64,000 nt of DNA from Thermodesulfobacteriota bacterium (GCA_965203965.1 CBDBDR010000017.1:1443947-1507946), one strand, 5' to 3'; positions 1-10,823 are shown, counted from the first letter of the stretch. Made by a program: numbers and translations. Notes: a model not told the origin generated them from the letters alone.

Positions 1-2564
1 GCCTTGCCTATCTCTCCACTTTTACCATTACGCAATACCAAAATACTACAATCCACAGTAGCGTTTTCAAAACACCTGCTCCCATTTCCAACAGACGTAA
101 CGGTGTATGGTTTTCGGAAAAATAGTTACGAGTTGTTTTGCCATAATTTGCTTTTAGCCAACTATTGGAAGTGATATAAGAGAGTATTCCTATATCAGGA
201 GATAGTAACTTACACCCCTTTTCATAAAAAAGCTGATAAATATCCCCAGAGCGGATAAAGGTTTTGTAACCTGCGTCTTTGTAAAGTTGTCCTAATTTTC
301 CACCTTCCTTTTGTAACTGAATATACGGCGGATTTCCGATCACCACATCAAAACCGTCATCCATGCCAAACATCCATTCAGGGTCAAACCAATCGGCACT
401 TGCGTTCTGGTTGTATGGGTTCCAGTCGGCGATCTGTTTGGCTGTTTTATCTTTCCACTCATCTTTAATGAGTAGCTCAGCGATCTCTTTTCTCAACTTT
501 TCGTCCTGTTTTTTATACTTCCGTTTGGTCTTTAAGGTTCTAACGGTGAAGTATTTGCGGCGGACGTCTTTTAATTCTTCTTCTTTTTTGGAAATTTTCG
601 GGTTGCGGATGGGTATCTGTTCGGGCTTGTTCAGACCTATCAGGCTGTTAGCGGAGACAAATTTGGTCTCCAGATTGGGTAGGGGTTTGATGCCATAGTT
701 ATCCATCTTGTTACCCGTTGGCTCTTGCTCTATTGCCAGAGATATGAAGAAACGCAGTTTGGCTATTTGAACGGCTATGGGTTGAACGTCAACTCCGTAT
801 ATGCTGTTCTGGATGAGGTAAAGTTTGCGTCCAAAATCGTTGTAGCGATTCTCCTTGCTGAATATGATCTCAATATCATTTAGCATCTGCTCACGGCTTT
901 CGGGATCGTCCAGTTTGCTGATAACGTCTATCTGGCGCTGCCTCCACCTTTTGTTATCGGGGTCTATCAAACTGAGCAGGGAGACCAAGCGATGTAGCAC
1001 ACCCATCGGGAAGGCACCACTGCCAACTGCGGGATCCAATATCTTGATCTTTTCTATTGCTTCGATCAACTGAGGTATCTCTTCTTCATAGAGTAGGGGT
1101 TTTTCATTATCTTTCTTTAATTCACCGATCGTGGATGATACAAGAAAAAGGTCATCCAAACGTTCACGGTAAAAATCCACGTTCCCATCGTGAGGTGGGA
1201 CGGCACTTGCCAGATAGGCTTTGAGACTTTCATCTACCATATAGCCGACTATTTCTCTGGGAGTGTAGTAGGAGCCGGTTTGTCTGCGGGCAGTTTCACG
1301 GGTTTCAGGATTGTAGGCGGCGAGCAAGTTCTCAAAGACCATCCCCAGTAGTTCGGGATCCAGAGCAACATTTACATCCAATGGTGTGCTTTCCTCCACC
1401 GTGAACTGGTATTGATCGAGCAGTTCTATCAAGCCAAGGTCGCTGTCGTCATTATTGAAGAAAAGGTCATTTGGCACTTTGAGTTTGTTATATGTCCTGT
1501 CCGAAAAACCATCAATACGGATTGCTTCTCGTTCATTCCTAATACTCTTGTCTTTATTGTATTCCTCTTGTTCCTCTTCATTAGAGTCTCTATCCAGACA
1601 CTCAAACAGTCCACCGTTGAGAAATGGCGTTTTCTCAAACAGTTTGGTGATGTTTTGTTCATTTTGTTCTAAAAACGTGCTTTTGTAGCGGTAGAGGTTG
1701 GTAACGAGATAGTTGGTAGAGTTGGGTTTACCATCTTTATCAGTGCGAAAACGGCGGTCTTTGATCTCAAGGTTAAGGGTGGCAAAGAACAGGTTTTGCA
1801 AAATGGCTTTGTAGTAGCTACTGTCTTTGCTCCAATCAATGGTGTTCTTGAGTTTGGCAAGTTCAAAAAAGTTACGATTGACCAGTTCTTTCTCTTTGAG
1901 AAACCAGACGAAAAGCAGACGGGTGAGCAATCGTATCAGGCTAATGGAAACGTGGCTGTTATTTTCTTCCCGATCATCGTTTGGAAAAACCACGTGAGAC
2001 TTGGCTTTTTCATACCACTTGAACAGTTTAACGTAAAACTCCTTGTTCAATGGCTCTACGGCAAAAGCGTCTTTGAGGTTGTTTAAGTTAGAGGACTTAT
2101 CCAGTCGTTCAAAACGATCTACGGCAGTGCGGGTCTTGGCATTTCTACCCAGCAGATACGTGTAGCGTTTTGGGGAACTTTCTGTTCTTATTGTTTTTCC
2201 TTTATTGTCCAGTTTGTATTCCATGCTGATAAAGCTGAAACGCCACTGGTTTTCATTATCATGATAAACGGCAAGTTGCCCCGTCCTCTGTATTGCTCTG
2301 GCACTGATTTGCCACCAGTTGACGCATCTGCACACGGTTGTGGTGGAGTTGGGTTTGGGGTTTGGTCTTGATCTCGTAAATACCTAATTCTTTGTCGTCA
2401 GTAAGGGTTACCGAGCCTAAATGGTAAAATTCCTCTACGTCTTTTTGTGTGATCTGCCGTGGTTGCGTAAAAATTCTAATGGACAGTTTATCGTTCAGGG
2501 ATTGTAGCCATTCATCTCTATTATATTGCCTTTCAAAGAGATTGGATTTATTTGCTGTCGGCAT
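1..2564 (-). pseudogene. Eco57I/type IIG-like N6-adenine DNA methyltransferase (restriction-modification), two frameshifts, runs off left edge
   Basis: Motifs LDPAVGSGAF, GNPPY, TGSYYTP and FLNGGLF are present. ORF 2259..2564 joins ORF 8..2335 if one extra base near 2274 is removed (reads DGALAVYHDN). Adding one base in the A-run at 69-72 restores GVFENATVDCSIL, which stays open to the window edge. The frameshifts may be sequencing errors. Confidence 0.8.
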
Positions 2565-2573
2565 GAAGCACCC

Positions 2574-5500
2574 CTATACATAAGACTGCGAAATAATAAT
2601 TTTTGGCACGTCGTCTGCCAATTTTGGCTGGTCAGTTTCAGTGCGTGGGTCTTGGTCGTCTTCAGTTTTGAGGTCGGGCGTGTATTTACTGATGATTTTC
2701 ATTAGGAATTTCAGTTGATCGGGGATTTTGATATTTTCCTTTGTGGCTTGTTTTTGTAGTTTATTTATATCTCGCGGCAAACCTTGAAATTTCCCTATCT
2801 TGATAGTATCAATGGCAGTTGCTAATACCTGCTTTTCCTCCTCGCTGACGTGCTCACAATTTAGCATTGCCTTGATATAGTTGATCGCTTGCCTCTGTTG
2901 TGAAGTCAGTATCTGGCTTTGTTGGGCGGTTATGATCTTCTCTTCCGATTGTTTCACAAAATGATCCAGTGCCTTGCGGACTTGCTCATGGTGTTTTTCG
3001 TGCAAGGGGAGCGCTTGGACGGTCGGATCACATTTAAAAACAGGAGCAGCTTCCAAAAAGCCAAGCTCCTTGAGGTTACCCTCTGGGTCAACTTCATAAA
3101 AGGCGTGATGCTTTTTATTGCGAAGGAAGCTAATAGTGTTGTTTTGCCTTTCTTGGTTCTTGACGGCGTTGCGGATCTTCAATGGCAGTTTTTTAATGCG
3201 GTGAAATTCATCAGGCGACTCTTCTCTGAACTTGCGGATCTCCATCAGGTATTGCAGTCGCTCATTGATGCTTTTATCTCCCTGAGGCTTCTCGTCAAAT
3301 AGACCGAAGGTTTCCACTTGCTCATCTGTGGAGTAGATCTGGGAATCCTCCCCAAGGGCAGAATGGAACGCCTGGAGTTTGATCAATGCTCGGCGCCGTA
3401 GCTGAATGTCGCCTTCTACTTTCTCGGTGGGGAAGAAGTTGTAAATGTATATTTTTTTTGCCTTTGTGCCGATGCGGTTGATACGACCGATCCGTTGCAT
3501 CAGCCTCGTGGAGTTCCAAGGGGTGTCGTAATTGAGGATCGTGTTGGAGCGGTGAAGGTTCACGCCTTCTGCCAGTACTTCGGTCGTTACGATGATATTG
3601 TATTTGGAACTTTGTTTTCCGATGGGGACGTTGGCGTCAAAGTTGTTCCTGATGTCATTTTGCAGTTCGTTCCTGTTTTTGGAATTTACCGCAATAACGT
3701 TTTGATGTTCTCTATCGGTGAGTTTTTTCGTCAGGTAGTCGGTGGTTTCCAGTGATTCAGAGAAAACAACGAGCTTCTGCTCTGGGTTGCGGCTCTTGAG
3801 CAGGAGTTTAGAATCCAGAACGGAAAATAACTTTTCCAGTTTAGGATCCTCTTCTCTTTCTATGATCTCTTTCCACCGAGCTTCCATGTCGGTCAATATG
3901 TCATGGTCTCTTTTCAGCTCTTCTATAAATTCAGGTTCAAAATCATCTCTTGACAGTATTTTAATGCTGGGGTCAGTATCTTGCTCTTGAAGCAGTATTT
4001 TCAGAAGCTCGTCTTCGTTCCCTTCCAACAAGTGTTTTTCAACCTTGTGGTTCGGGGCAATCATAATGCGATCCGCCTCTATCATTTTTAGCATGGTGTT
4101 TGAACCCTTGACAAAACGCTCCAGAGTACAGTGGAAGGCGTAAAAGCTACTGTCCAGCCTTTTAATGAGCAAAGTTTTCATTATTTTTGCCAGTTGTTCC
4201 GATATAAATTCGGGGCGATCGTAATCCTTTGCGTGTTCCGGCTTCATAAATTCTATTGCTCGGTAGCGAATATATCGTAACCCTTGCTTGCCGCCCTGTA
4301 TAAGTTTGACGGTTTCATCGTATAGTTCGTTAAGGGAGGATTCCAACGGGTATAAGAGCTTTTCCGGTAGGCTGATCTCTGGGAAAACAATATTCTGCTT
4401 CTCAAGGTCTTTGGAGTAGAGATCGTGTTGAAGCAGATCAGTGCGAGTGCGGCGGACGGTCAGGGGTTCAATTACCTTGTTGCGAACCTCAGCGTATAAT
4501 TCTGCGATCTGAGAGGTTGGAGCCCCCTTTATCTTATTGATCTTTTTGTAGCGTTGGTTGACCCTGCTGAAAAACTCGCCGACATTGATCTCAAGCGTGC
4601 CGTCATTAGCGTCTTGGAACAACAATACCTGATTACGGATGTCATCGGGGCGGTTGTTAAGAGGGGTGGCAGATATTAGTATGACTTTTTTCTTTTTGCC
4701 ACTATGGCTCGGGGTTTTACATATACGTTGCAGGTTCTCATAGTTATTTGTGTTGTCATTTCTGAACCTGTGTGCCTCGTCAACGATGATCAAGTCGTGT
4801 TCTTCGGGATGTTCCACTTTGTGTAGGCTACCGTTGGTTATGAGATCTGCCTGTCTGCGCATTCCGAATTTCCGCAAGGTATCTTTCCATTGATCTTTCA
4901 TTGCGGGTGGTGTGATGATGAGCGTTTGTGGAGTGTGTTCACGGGAGTTGTTAAAATAAAAATGCTGTCTGGCTATCATAATAGCCACAATGGTTTTGCC
5001 CAGTCCCACCACGTCCGCAAGGAAAAAACCGTTATGCTTTTCCAGTATTTCAAATCCCTGTTGCACAGCATCCAATTGGTAGGTCAGCCGTTTAAAGCTC
5101 TGGGGTAGGTCTTTGACGTTGTTGGGGTTAAATTCTATCTCTTTGCCAAAGTATTCGATCAGCAGTTTTATATAGAGATCAAATGGGGTGAATTCGCCTT
5201 TGAGGAAGGTTTTATCTTTTGCGTCCTCCACCTCCGTGGGGAGAATATCAACGGCTTCCTGCCAGAGCTTTTCAAACTCGTCGGTGGCAAATTTGACGTC
5301 GTCGTAATCTCTGAGGGAGACGTTGAACTCATAGTTTGAGGTGTTGCCCGTTGCGCCCAGACCTGCCTTGGTCAGGTTGGATGAACCAGTGATGACTTCA
5401 CAACTGCTGTGCGGGTTGAAGTCTTCTGGACGGAATATGTAAATCTTGGCGTGTAGTTTGCGCGTGGGATGGGCTTTGATCTGGATCTTTCCCTTGTTAA

Positions 5501-5855
5501 TGTCTTGGATGAATTGGAAGACGCTGTTTTCAATTTGTTCGTCGTAGTCGGCGTTGTTTATTTCCTCCTCTAACGATCTTAGGTAGTCCTGCTTGGTTTT
5601 TTTCACGTCGCCGACGGATTGAAGTAGTAATCCCTTTTTTTTATAATCAGCAGTAACGGCGTCAACGTTGATGCCGACCAGAATGCGGATCTTCGGCACA
5701 TTTTTGAGAAAGGGATGGATCTTGAAATAGCCGGTGGAACGAAAATAGCCGATCAGGGCGTCAAATCTTGCGATATGGGGGTTGTGCTTGAAAACGCCGT
5801 CGAGTTTATCCAACAGCGTATTGCTGTCTTCGTTTGTGAAAAATTTTGTTGCCAT
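2574..5855 (-). CDS. Phospholipase D-family nuclease domain fused to SNF2-like helicase
   Basis: The N-terminus has HAKIYIF...ITGSSNLT (PLD HxK motif). Helicase motifs are LADVVGLGKT, DEAH, SATPLNN, EGVNL and QRIGRINR. Confidence 0.85.
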   Translation of the reverse strand: MATKFFTNEDSNTLLDKLDGVFKHNPHIARFDALIGYFRSTGYFKIHPFLKNVPKIRILVGINVDAVTADYKKKGLLLQSVGDVKKTKQDYLRSLEEEINNADYDEQIENSVFQFIQDINKGKIQIKAHPTRKLHAKIYIFRPEDFNPHSSCEVITGSSNLTKAGLGATGNTSNYEFNVSLRDYDDVKFATDEFEKLWQEAVDILPTEVEDAKDKTFLKGEFTPFDLYIKLLIEYFGKEIEFNPNNVKDLPQSFKRLTYQLDAVQQGFEILEKHNGFFLADVVGLGKTIVAIMIARQHFYFNNSREHTPQTLIITPPAMKDQWKDTLRKFGMRRQADLITNGSLHKVEHPEEHDLIIVDEAHRFRNDNTNNYENLQRICKTPSHSGKKKKVILISATPLNNRPDDIRNQVLLFQDANDGTLEINVGEFFSRVNQRYKKINKIKGAPTSQIAELYAEVRNKVIEPLTVRRTRTDLLQHDLYSKDLEKQNIVFPEISLPEKLLYPLESSLNELYDETVKLIQGGKQGLRYIRYRAIEFMKPEHAKDYDRPEFISEQLAKIMKTLLIKRLDSSFYAFHCTLERFVKGSNTMLKMIEADRIMIAPNHKVEKHLLEGNEDELLKILLQEQDTDPSIKILSRDDFEPEFIEELKRDHDILTDMEARWKEIIEREEDPKLEKLFSVLDSKLLLKSRNPEQKLVVFSESLETTDYLTKKLTDREHQNVIAVNSKNRNELQNDIRNNFDANVPIGKQSSKYNIIVTTEVLAEGVNLHRSNTILNYDTPWNSTRLMQRIGRINRIGTKAKKIYIYNFFPTEKVEGDIQLRRRALIKLQAFHSALGEDSQIYSTDEQVETFGLFDEKPQGDKSINERLQYLMEIRKFREESPDEFHRIKKLPLKIRNAVKNQERQNNTISFLRNKKHHAFYEVDPEGNLKELGFLEAAPVFKCDPTVQALPLHEKHHEQVRKALDHFVKQSEEKIITAQQSQILTSQQRQAINYIKAMLNCEHVSEEEKQVLATAIDTIKIGKFQGLPRDINKLQKQATKENIKIPDQLKFLMKIISKYTPDLKTEDDQDPRTETDQPKLADDVPKIIISQSYV

Positions 5856-5908
5856 TGATAACGGGTTTGGATCACGAGCAGATCAAACGGGAACCGTGAG
5901 GCAGTTCG

Positions 5909-6283
5909 TTAATCCTCTTGGGGTTTTGAATCTTCGGGTTTTGAGATAGCTTTGAGCTTTCCAAGTTCATTCTGAGCATTGAGATGCAGTATTTTCAGTT
6001 CTTCTTCAAAGTCTTGTATCTCCTGCTCTATTTTTATTATCATAACGCACTTGTCTTTTAAGCTCTCCACGTCAAATGAGTCTTTCAGTTTATACATCTT
6101 GTAAACTGCTTCGCCCAACTCTGAAGTGTATCTCTTTAGTTTTTTCTTGTTTCCTTGGATCCTGTTCTTTATCAAAACCGTATTGTAAACCTCTTTTGTC
6201 CTTATGTTTACAGTCCTGATCCCCTTGCTCACGTTGGTTTTTATAGTTGAAAGTATGTCGTCATTTTTTACGTTGTCAGACAT
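5909..6283 (-). CDS. Hypothetical protein, coiled-coil-rich
   Basis: ORF with ATG at 6283 preceded by GGGAGA. No family recognised. Confidence 0.6.
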   Translation of the reverse strand: MSDNVKNDDILSTIKTNVSKGIRTVNIRTKEVYNTVLIKNRIQGNKKKLKRYTSELGEAVYKMYKLKDSFDVESLKDKCVMIIKIEQEIQDFEEELKILHLNAQNELGKLKAISKPEDSKPQED

Positions 6284-6416
6284 TTTTATCTCCCAGGCAT
6301 TTGATGACCGATAATAATTACCCAAATAAGGTTAAAATCAAATAAATACCACACCGAATTAGCTTTACTTGGCATAATATCAGGTATTATTCCTCAACTC
6401 CAGTGGTTTTTAGCCC

Positions 6417-7655
6417 ATGTCCTTCGTCCATATAGCAAACATGTTTAGAAATACCTACTATGGCTGGTTTATCGTTGCAGCTGGATTTATGATAATTTCC
6501 TTGGACGGCATACTTCTGTATTCATTCGGCATACACATGCCTTATATGAAAGAGTTGTTCGATATAGATCATCTGGAAAGCTCATCTCTTTTTTCCGTAA
6601 GGAACGTTGTTTTTGCGTTCTCAATGATCGTTGCAGGAAGACTGATAGACAAGTTCAACCCCAAGGTGGTGATCTTCATCGGGGGATTTACTGCCGTTGC
6701 TGGTATGTTCCTTACGGCTTATGCAACAAGCGACTGGCAGCTTATCTTTGCATACGCCGTTCTGCCCGGCATAGGGAACGGGTTCTTCTACATTCCGAGC
6801 ATTGCTATTATAAGTAAATGGTTTAATGAAAGAAGGGCATTTGCCATAGGTATTGCAACTTTAGGCGTTCCGGTAAGCGGCATGATCATACCCCCCCTGA
6901 CAGCCTGGCTCATCTCCACTATGGGTTTAGAGAGATCACTCATGGCATTATCAACCATACTGGCTTTTATTCTTTTAAATGCCTTTCTAATGCGAAAATC
7001 GCCTACGGATGGGACCGTGCTGGGTGCAAAAAAGCCTCTGCCGGGTACCTTAGCAATACAAAATGCGGATTGGGGAGTAAGGAAAGCGGTCAGCACTTCA
7101 TCTTTTTGGATACTTTATACGATCTTCTTTTTGGGAATGAACACTTTTCTTATAATACTGGTCAATCTCTTTGATTATGCAAAAGAGTCTGGAAACACCG
7201 CGATCGTTGCCTCGTGGGCACCTGCAGCGATGGCTTTTGGGAGCATCTTTGGAAGGTTGTTTTTCTCCGGAGTATTGACAAAATACTTTGACAACAAAAG
7301 ATTGCTGTTCATAAGCTATTTTCTGGAAGCCCTTTCGGTGTTGATCATTATTTATAGCCAAACGATATGGGCTTTCTATCTCTTTGGTTTCATGTTCGGT
7401 TTCTTTTACAGCGGACACATGCCCATATTTCCCACGATCCTGGGGGACTATTTTGGAACGAGATTTATCGGCTCTATTTTTGGAGTGTCTGCAACTGCGT
7501 TTTCAGCCGCATCTATAACCGGACCTCTTCTCGCGGGTTACCTTTACGAGGTCAATGGTTCACACTATCAATCAATGGTTGTGGCGGCAGTGATATGCTT
7601 TGTTGCAGCATTTTCCACTTTTTTTATAACTAAGCCCCAAAATTCCCACCGTTAA
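6417..7655 (+). CDS. MFS transporter (monocarboxylate/OFA-like)
   Basis: About 12 hydrophobic segments, GRLIDKFNPK motif A, YYGWFIV N-terminus and WFNERRAFAIG. Confidence 0.85.
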   Translation: MSFVHIANMFRNTYYGWFIVAAGFMIISLDGILLYSFGIHMPYMKELFDIDHLESSSLFSVRNVVFAFSMIVAGRLIDKFNPKVVIFIGGFTAVAGMFLTAYATSDWQLIFAYAVLPGIGNGFFYIPSIAIISKWFNERRAFAIGIATLGVPVSGMIIPPLTAWLISTMGLERSLMALSTILAFILLNAFLMRKSPTDGTVLGAKKPLPGTLAIQNADWGVRKAVSTSSFWILYTIFFLGMNTFLIILVNLFDYAKESGNTAIVASWAPAAMAFGSIFGRLFFSGVLTKYFDNKRLLFISYFLEALSVLIIIYSQTIWAFYLFGFMFGFFYSGHMPIFPTILGDYFGTRFIGSIFGVSATAFSAASITGPLLAGYLYEVNGSHYQSMVVAAVICFVAAFSTFFITKPQNSHR

Positions 7656-7685
7656 TATCTGGTTGGTGCAGAAATATACGGATGA

Positions 7686-9689
7686 TCAATCCCGCCAACT
7701 TGCCAATTTGAACTTGAAGTTTTTATCAGGGCTATAGAATGGAACTGGATCTATTTTGAGGTTGTAATTTTTTGGAGTAAGTTCAAGATTGGTATATCGT
7801 ATTATAGTTGAGATCACCAGAGCCATTTGTATCTCGGCGAATCCACTGCCCAGACACCTGTGTGAACCCAATCCGAACGGTGCATATACACCGGGTTTCT
7901 TATGCTCTGCTCTCTCATTGGTGAAGCGATCAATGTCAAATTTGTCTGGTTCGGGGAAAAACTCTGACATGTGATGAGTGCAGGTTGTTCCAACTAATAC
8001 AATGTCACCGACTGGTATGTGATATCCCTCAAAATCAAATGAGTTGATCACCTTTCTTCTTACTGTATGTACTGGTGGATACATACGCATAGCTTCTTTT
8101 GCAACTCGGTGCATAATGTCCATTTTTTGGAGTCCTTCTTCAGTTGGCATGCCGTTAGCGAACAGGGCGTCAACTTCTTCTCTCAGGCGGTCTTGTGTCT
8201 CAGGGTTTTTCAGCAACAAATAAAGTATAAAAGCACCCGAAGCAGAGACAGTATCAAGACCCGCACCGAACGGCATTAGCAAGTTTGCCCTAAAGTCCAT
8301 TTCAGGCATAAACGTGGGGTCGTCATTATGCAAATTGAACATGTCTTCAATCAGATTAGTTTTTCCTTTTCCTAAACTGTGGCTCTTGGGTGCTACCCCT
8401 GATCTTTCTTTGTATTCTTTGATTATTTTGTTGAGGAACTCATCAACGCGATTCTTGGCCCGGCGAAACTTCTTAGACCTCATATATATGTTGGGTTTGT
8501 GACGGCTAACGTGAATGCTCAACATAAGGTTGGTGTATTTTATAATGTCATCAGTGTATTCTCCCGGTGGGTAGCCAACGGCGAGTGTTCCCAGCAGGTC
8601 GGTTGATATTTGTTGGAAAGAGAGAAACCCCGTTACGGATTTCTTTCCTTCCCATTTGTCTATGTGGCGGTGAATTATTTCTACCGCTTTAGGAATGTTG
8701 TCGAGGAGAAGCGAGCGGGAAAGACCATTTACCTGTGCTCGGCGCAGACGGGTGTGTTCATGACCATCCATGCTAAATATAAAGCGAGATGACCCTGTTT
8801 GTTTGATGAAATCACTCCAAACATTATTGGGTGACAAATAAAAATGTCCATGACGTAAAAAGAAAAGATTGGCTTCTTTTCCCACAATAATAGTGATGTA
8901 GCCTATTTTGGGCATAGGCGCGCGGAAAACGGGCCCTAATTTTTTGTAATTCTCTATTACAAATTCCGGAGGACTCCATGCCAGGTCTATAAAACTTCCA
9001 ATCCAGGGAAGACGCCCTTTCATCATGGGTATTTCTTTAGGCTCAGGAGGCTTAGGTGGGGGGGACATTATCTGGATGATCTGCTTAACTGATTGAGCTA
9101 TCGGATTCGTCTGACTTATTTGGGTTATTCGCTCACTTGCCTCCACCATATCTTCCTCAGATAGAATATATTTGAGGATGTTACATGCATCAGCAAGGGA
9201 AATGATCGCTGCATCTCTGGAGTTTGTAGTTTCATTCTCAAGCAATTCCCGGACAATGCGCAACTTTACGTCTATTTCTAATTTGCCGTCCTGTGATAAA
9301 TACCTACGAGAGCGGGAGACGGAATGAGTTCTATACAAAAAACCACCTCCGTCTGATTGATTAAGAATTCCCTTATCTATCAACCGAGCAGCTGTTTTTC
9401 TGCGTATATCACTTCCGTGTTCAGCAATGTGCCTTACCCAAAAAGTGTGGCTCTGTGGTTCATTCAACCGTACAATGTCCGACAGTGTAGGATCAAGCAG
9501 GTCGTCTCCAGTTGGGATGGATTCCTTCAAAGTAATAAAATTCCCATCTACTTTGATCATGTCTTCCAATTGCAGGTCCATTAGCACTGCGCCTGCAAGT
9601 CCGGAATTTACAGCCTGTGGGGAAATTTCATGGAACATGCCGACGTCTTCATCAAGAAGACATAGCATAAATTCTTCTGTTACTCTCAT
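7686..9689 (-). CDS. Cytochrome P450 with N-terminal GPP34 (Golgi phosphoprotein 3-like) domain
   Basis: P450 motifs are AGLDT, EAMR and FGLGSHRCLG. The first ~205 aa (EEFMLCLLD...GLAGAVLMDLQL...PTGDDLLD) resemble GPP34, followed by the Pro-rich linker PPPKPPEPK. Confidence 0.85.
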   Translation of the reverse strand: MRVTEEFMLCLLDEDVGMFHEISPQAVNSGLAGAVLMDLQLEDMIKVDGNFITLKESIPTGDDLLDPTLSDIVRLNEPQSHTFWVRHIAEHGSDIRRKTAARLIDKGILNQSDGGGFLYRTHSVSRSRRYLSQDGKLEIDVKLRIVRELLENETTNSRDAAIISLADACNILKYILSEEDMVEASERITQISQTNPIAQSVKQIIQIMSPPPKPPEPKEIPMMKGRLPWIGSFIDLAWSPPEFVIENYKKLGPVFRAPMPKIGYITIIVGKEANLFFLRHGHFYLSPNNVWSDFIKQTGSSRFIFSMDGHEHTRLRRAQVNGLSRSLLLDNIPKAVEIIHRHIDKWEGKKSVTGFLSFQQISTDLLGTLAVGYPPGEYTDDIIKYTNLMLSIHVSRHKPNIYMRSKKFRRAKNRVDEFLNKIIKEYKERSGVAPKSHSLGKGKTNLIEDMFNLHNDDPTFMPEMDFRANLLMPFGAGLDTVSASGAFILYLLLKNPETQDRLREEVDALFANGMPTEEGLQKMDIMHRVAKEAMRMYPPVHTVRRKVINSFDFEGYHIPVGDIVLVGTTCTHHMSEFFPEPDKFDIDRFTNERAEHKKPGVYAPFGLGSHRCLGSGFAEIQMALVISTIIRYTNLELTPKNYNLKIDPVPFYSPDKNFKFKLASWRD

Positions 9690-9713
9690 GTTTTTTCTCT
9701 CTAATTAATTAGT

Positions 9714-10823
9714 TTATTTTATTATTTTATAATTCCAATTGTCCAATGTAAAGCGAAATTCTTTGCTAACACGGTCTATTTCAGATTGTTCAAGCCTGAG
9801 TGCGTTTTTCTTATAGTTTGTTATCGTTTTGAGATAATTGCTTACGTTGTGTTCAGCTTGATCCCAGTTTGGTAGGGATAGATCTGAATAAACACGTTCC
9901 AATTCCTCAAGTGGTCGTTCTTCAATATCCTCGTAACGCACTTCAGTAAAATTTTCACTTGGGATCAGGTCTTTTTCTTCAAGATATTGACCCATGAGCT
10001 TTTTGTATAATTGCACTATGTTGTTTTCAATTTCATCCTGTTCTATGGTTTGCAGTTGATAGATAGGGAGGATTGTTTTGTAGAAGTGTACCATTGACCG
10101 GTAAACGTGATAAGGATTGCGGACTATGTTTATGAATTTTGCTTCTGGAAAAAGTCTCAGCAAGTGTGATATGCGACCCGTGTTGGTTGGACTTTTCAAC
10201 ACCAGTTGTTTGCCATTGTTGTCTAAGGCGGCTTTTTTCAATATCTCCACTAATACTTGATCCCAACGTGCCTGTTCCCGCTCGGTCAAACCTCTCATCA
10301 AGGCATATTTGTCAATATACTCCGTAGTTTTTTTTGGAAAAGACAAGTGGTGCAGTAGGGACACGTGGCAGGAGTTGGCAATTGCTATTTCTTCTTCCTG
10401 TGGCATATCGGTAGACAGTTTGACATTGTCCATTGGTCTTGTGGGTGATGTGTATTTTTCTATTATTTTTTTCAGTCTGCGGCGTCCGACCAGAAACATT
10501 GTTGGCATGACCGCCTGAAAATGGGTGATTGTGCCAAACTGTGGGTCACGAGTTATCAAGTTGTGCAAGTGGGTAGTTCCGCTGCGGGCAAATCCAATAA
10601 TGAATATCGGAGGCGTGTCTATTTTTGTACGTGCTACAACTCCTCCGTATTTTATTTTTTCCATAATCCGCCATGGAGAAAAAATTGAAGATATGAGCAG
10701 TGTGCTGGCAATTCTCCTCCAGTAGGTAGGTTCTACACCACCATTTTCCCATAACAACTTTATCCAAGTTCCGGGAGGTGCCATGGTCAAAGCATGATAA
10801 GTTGTTTTGTTTTTATCACTCAT
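9714..10823 (-). CDS. PAPS-dependent sulfotransferase, mycobacterial Stf3-like
   Basis: PPIFIIGFARSGTTHLH (5'-PSB loop), RPMDN, PQEEE, LKSP, IVRNP and RYED. Confidence 0.85.
   Translation of the reverse strand: MSDKNKTTYHALTMAPPGTWIKLLWENGGVEPTYWRRIASTLLISSIFSPWRIMEKIKYGGVVARTKIDTPPIFIIGFARSGTTHLHNLITRDPQFGTITHFQAVMPTMFLVGRRRLKKIIEKYTSPTRPMDNVKLSTDMPQEEEIAIANSCHVSLLHHLSFPKKTTEYIDKYALMRGLTEREQARWDQVLVEILKKAALDNNGKQLVLKSPTNTGRISHLLRLFPEAKFINIVRNPYHVYRSMVHFYKTILPIYQLQTIEQDEIENNIVQLYKKLMGQYLEEKDLIPSENFTEVRYEDIEERPLEELERVYSDLSLPNWDQAEHNVSNYLKTITNYKKNALRLEQSEIDRVSKEFRFTLDNWNYKIIK

Noticed and set aside
5856..5912. TAAC...GTTA arrangement with a small hairpin upstream of the helicase, superficially attC-like
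   Set aside because: Arm pairing and spacing are poor and there is no array context.
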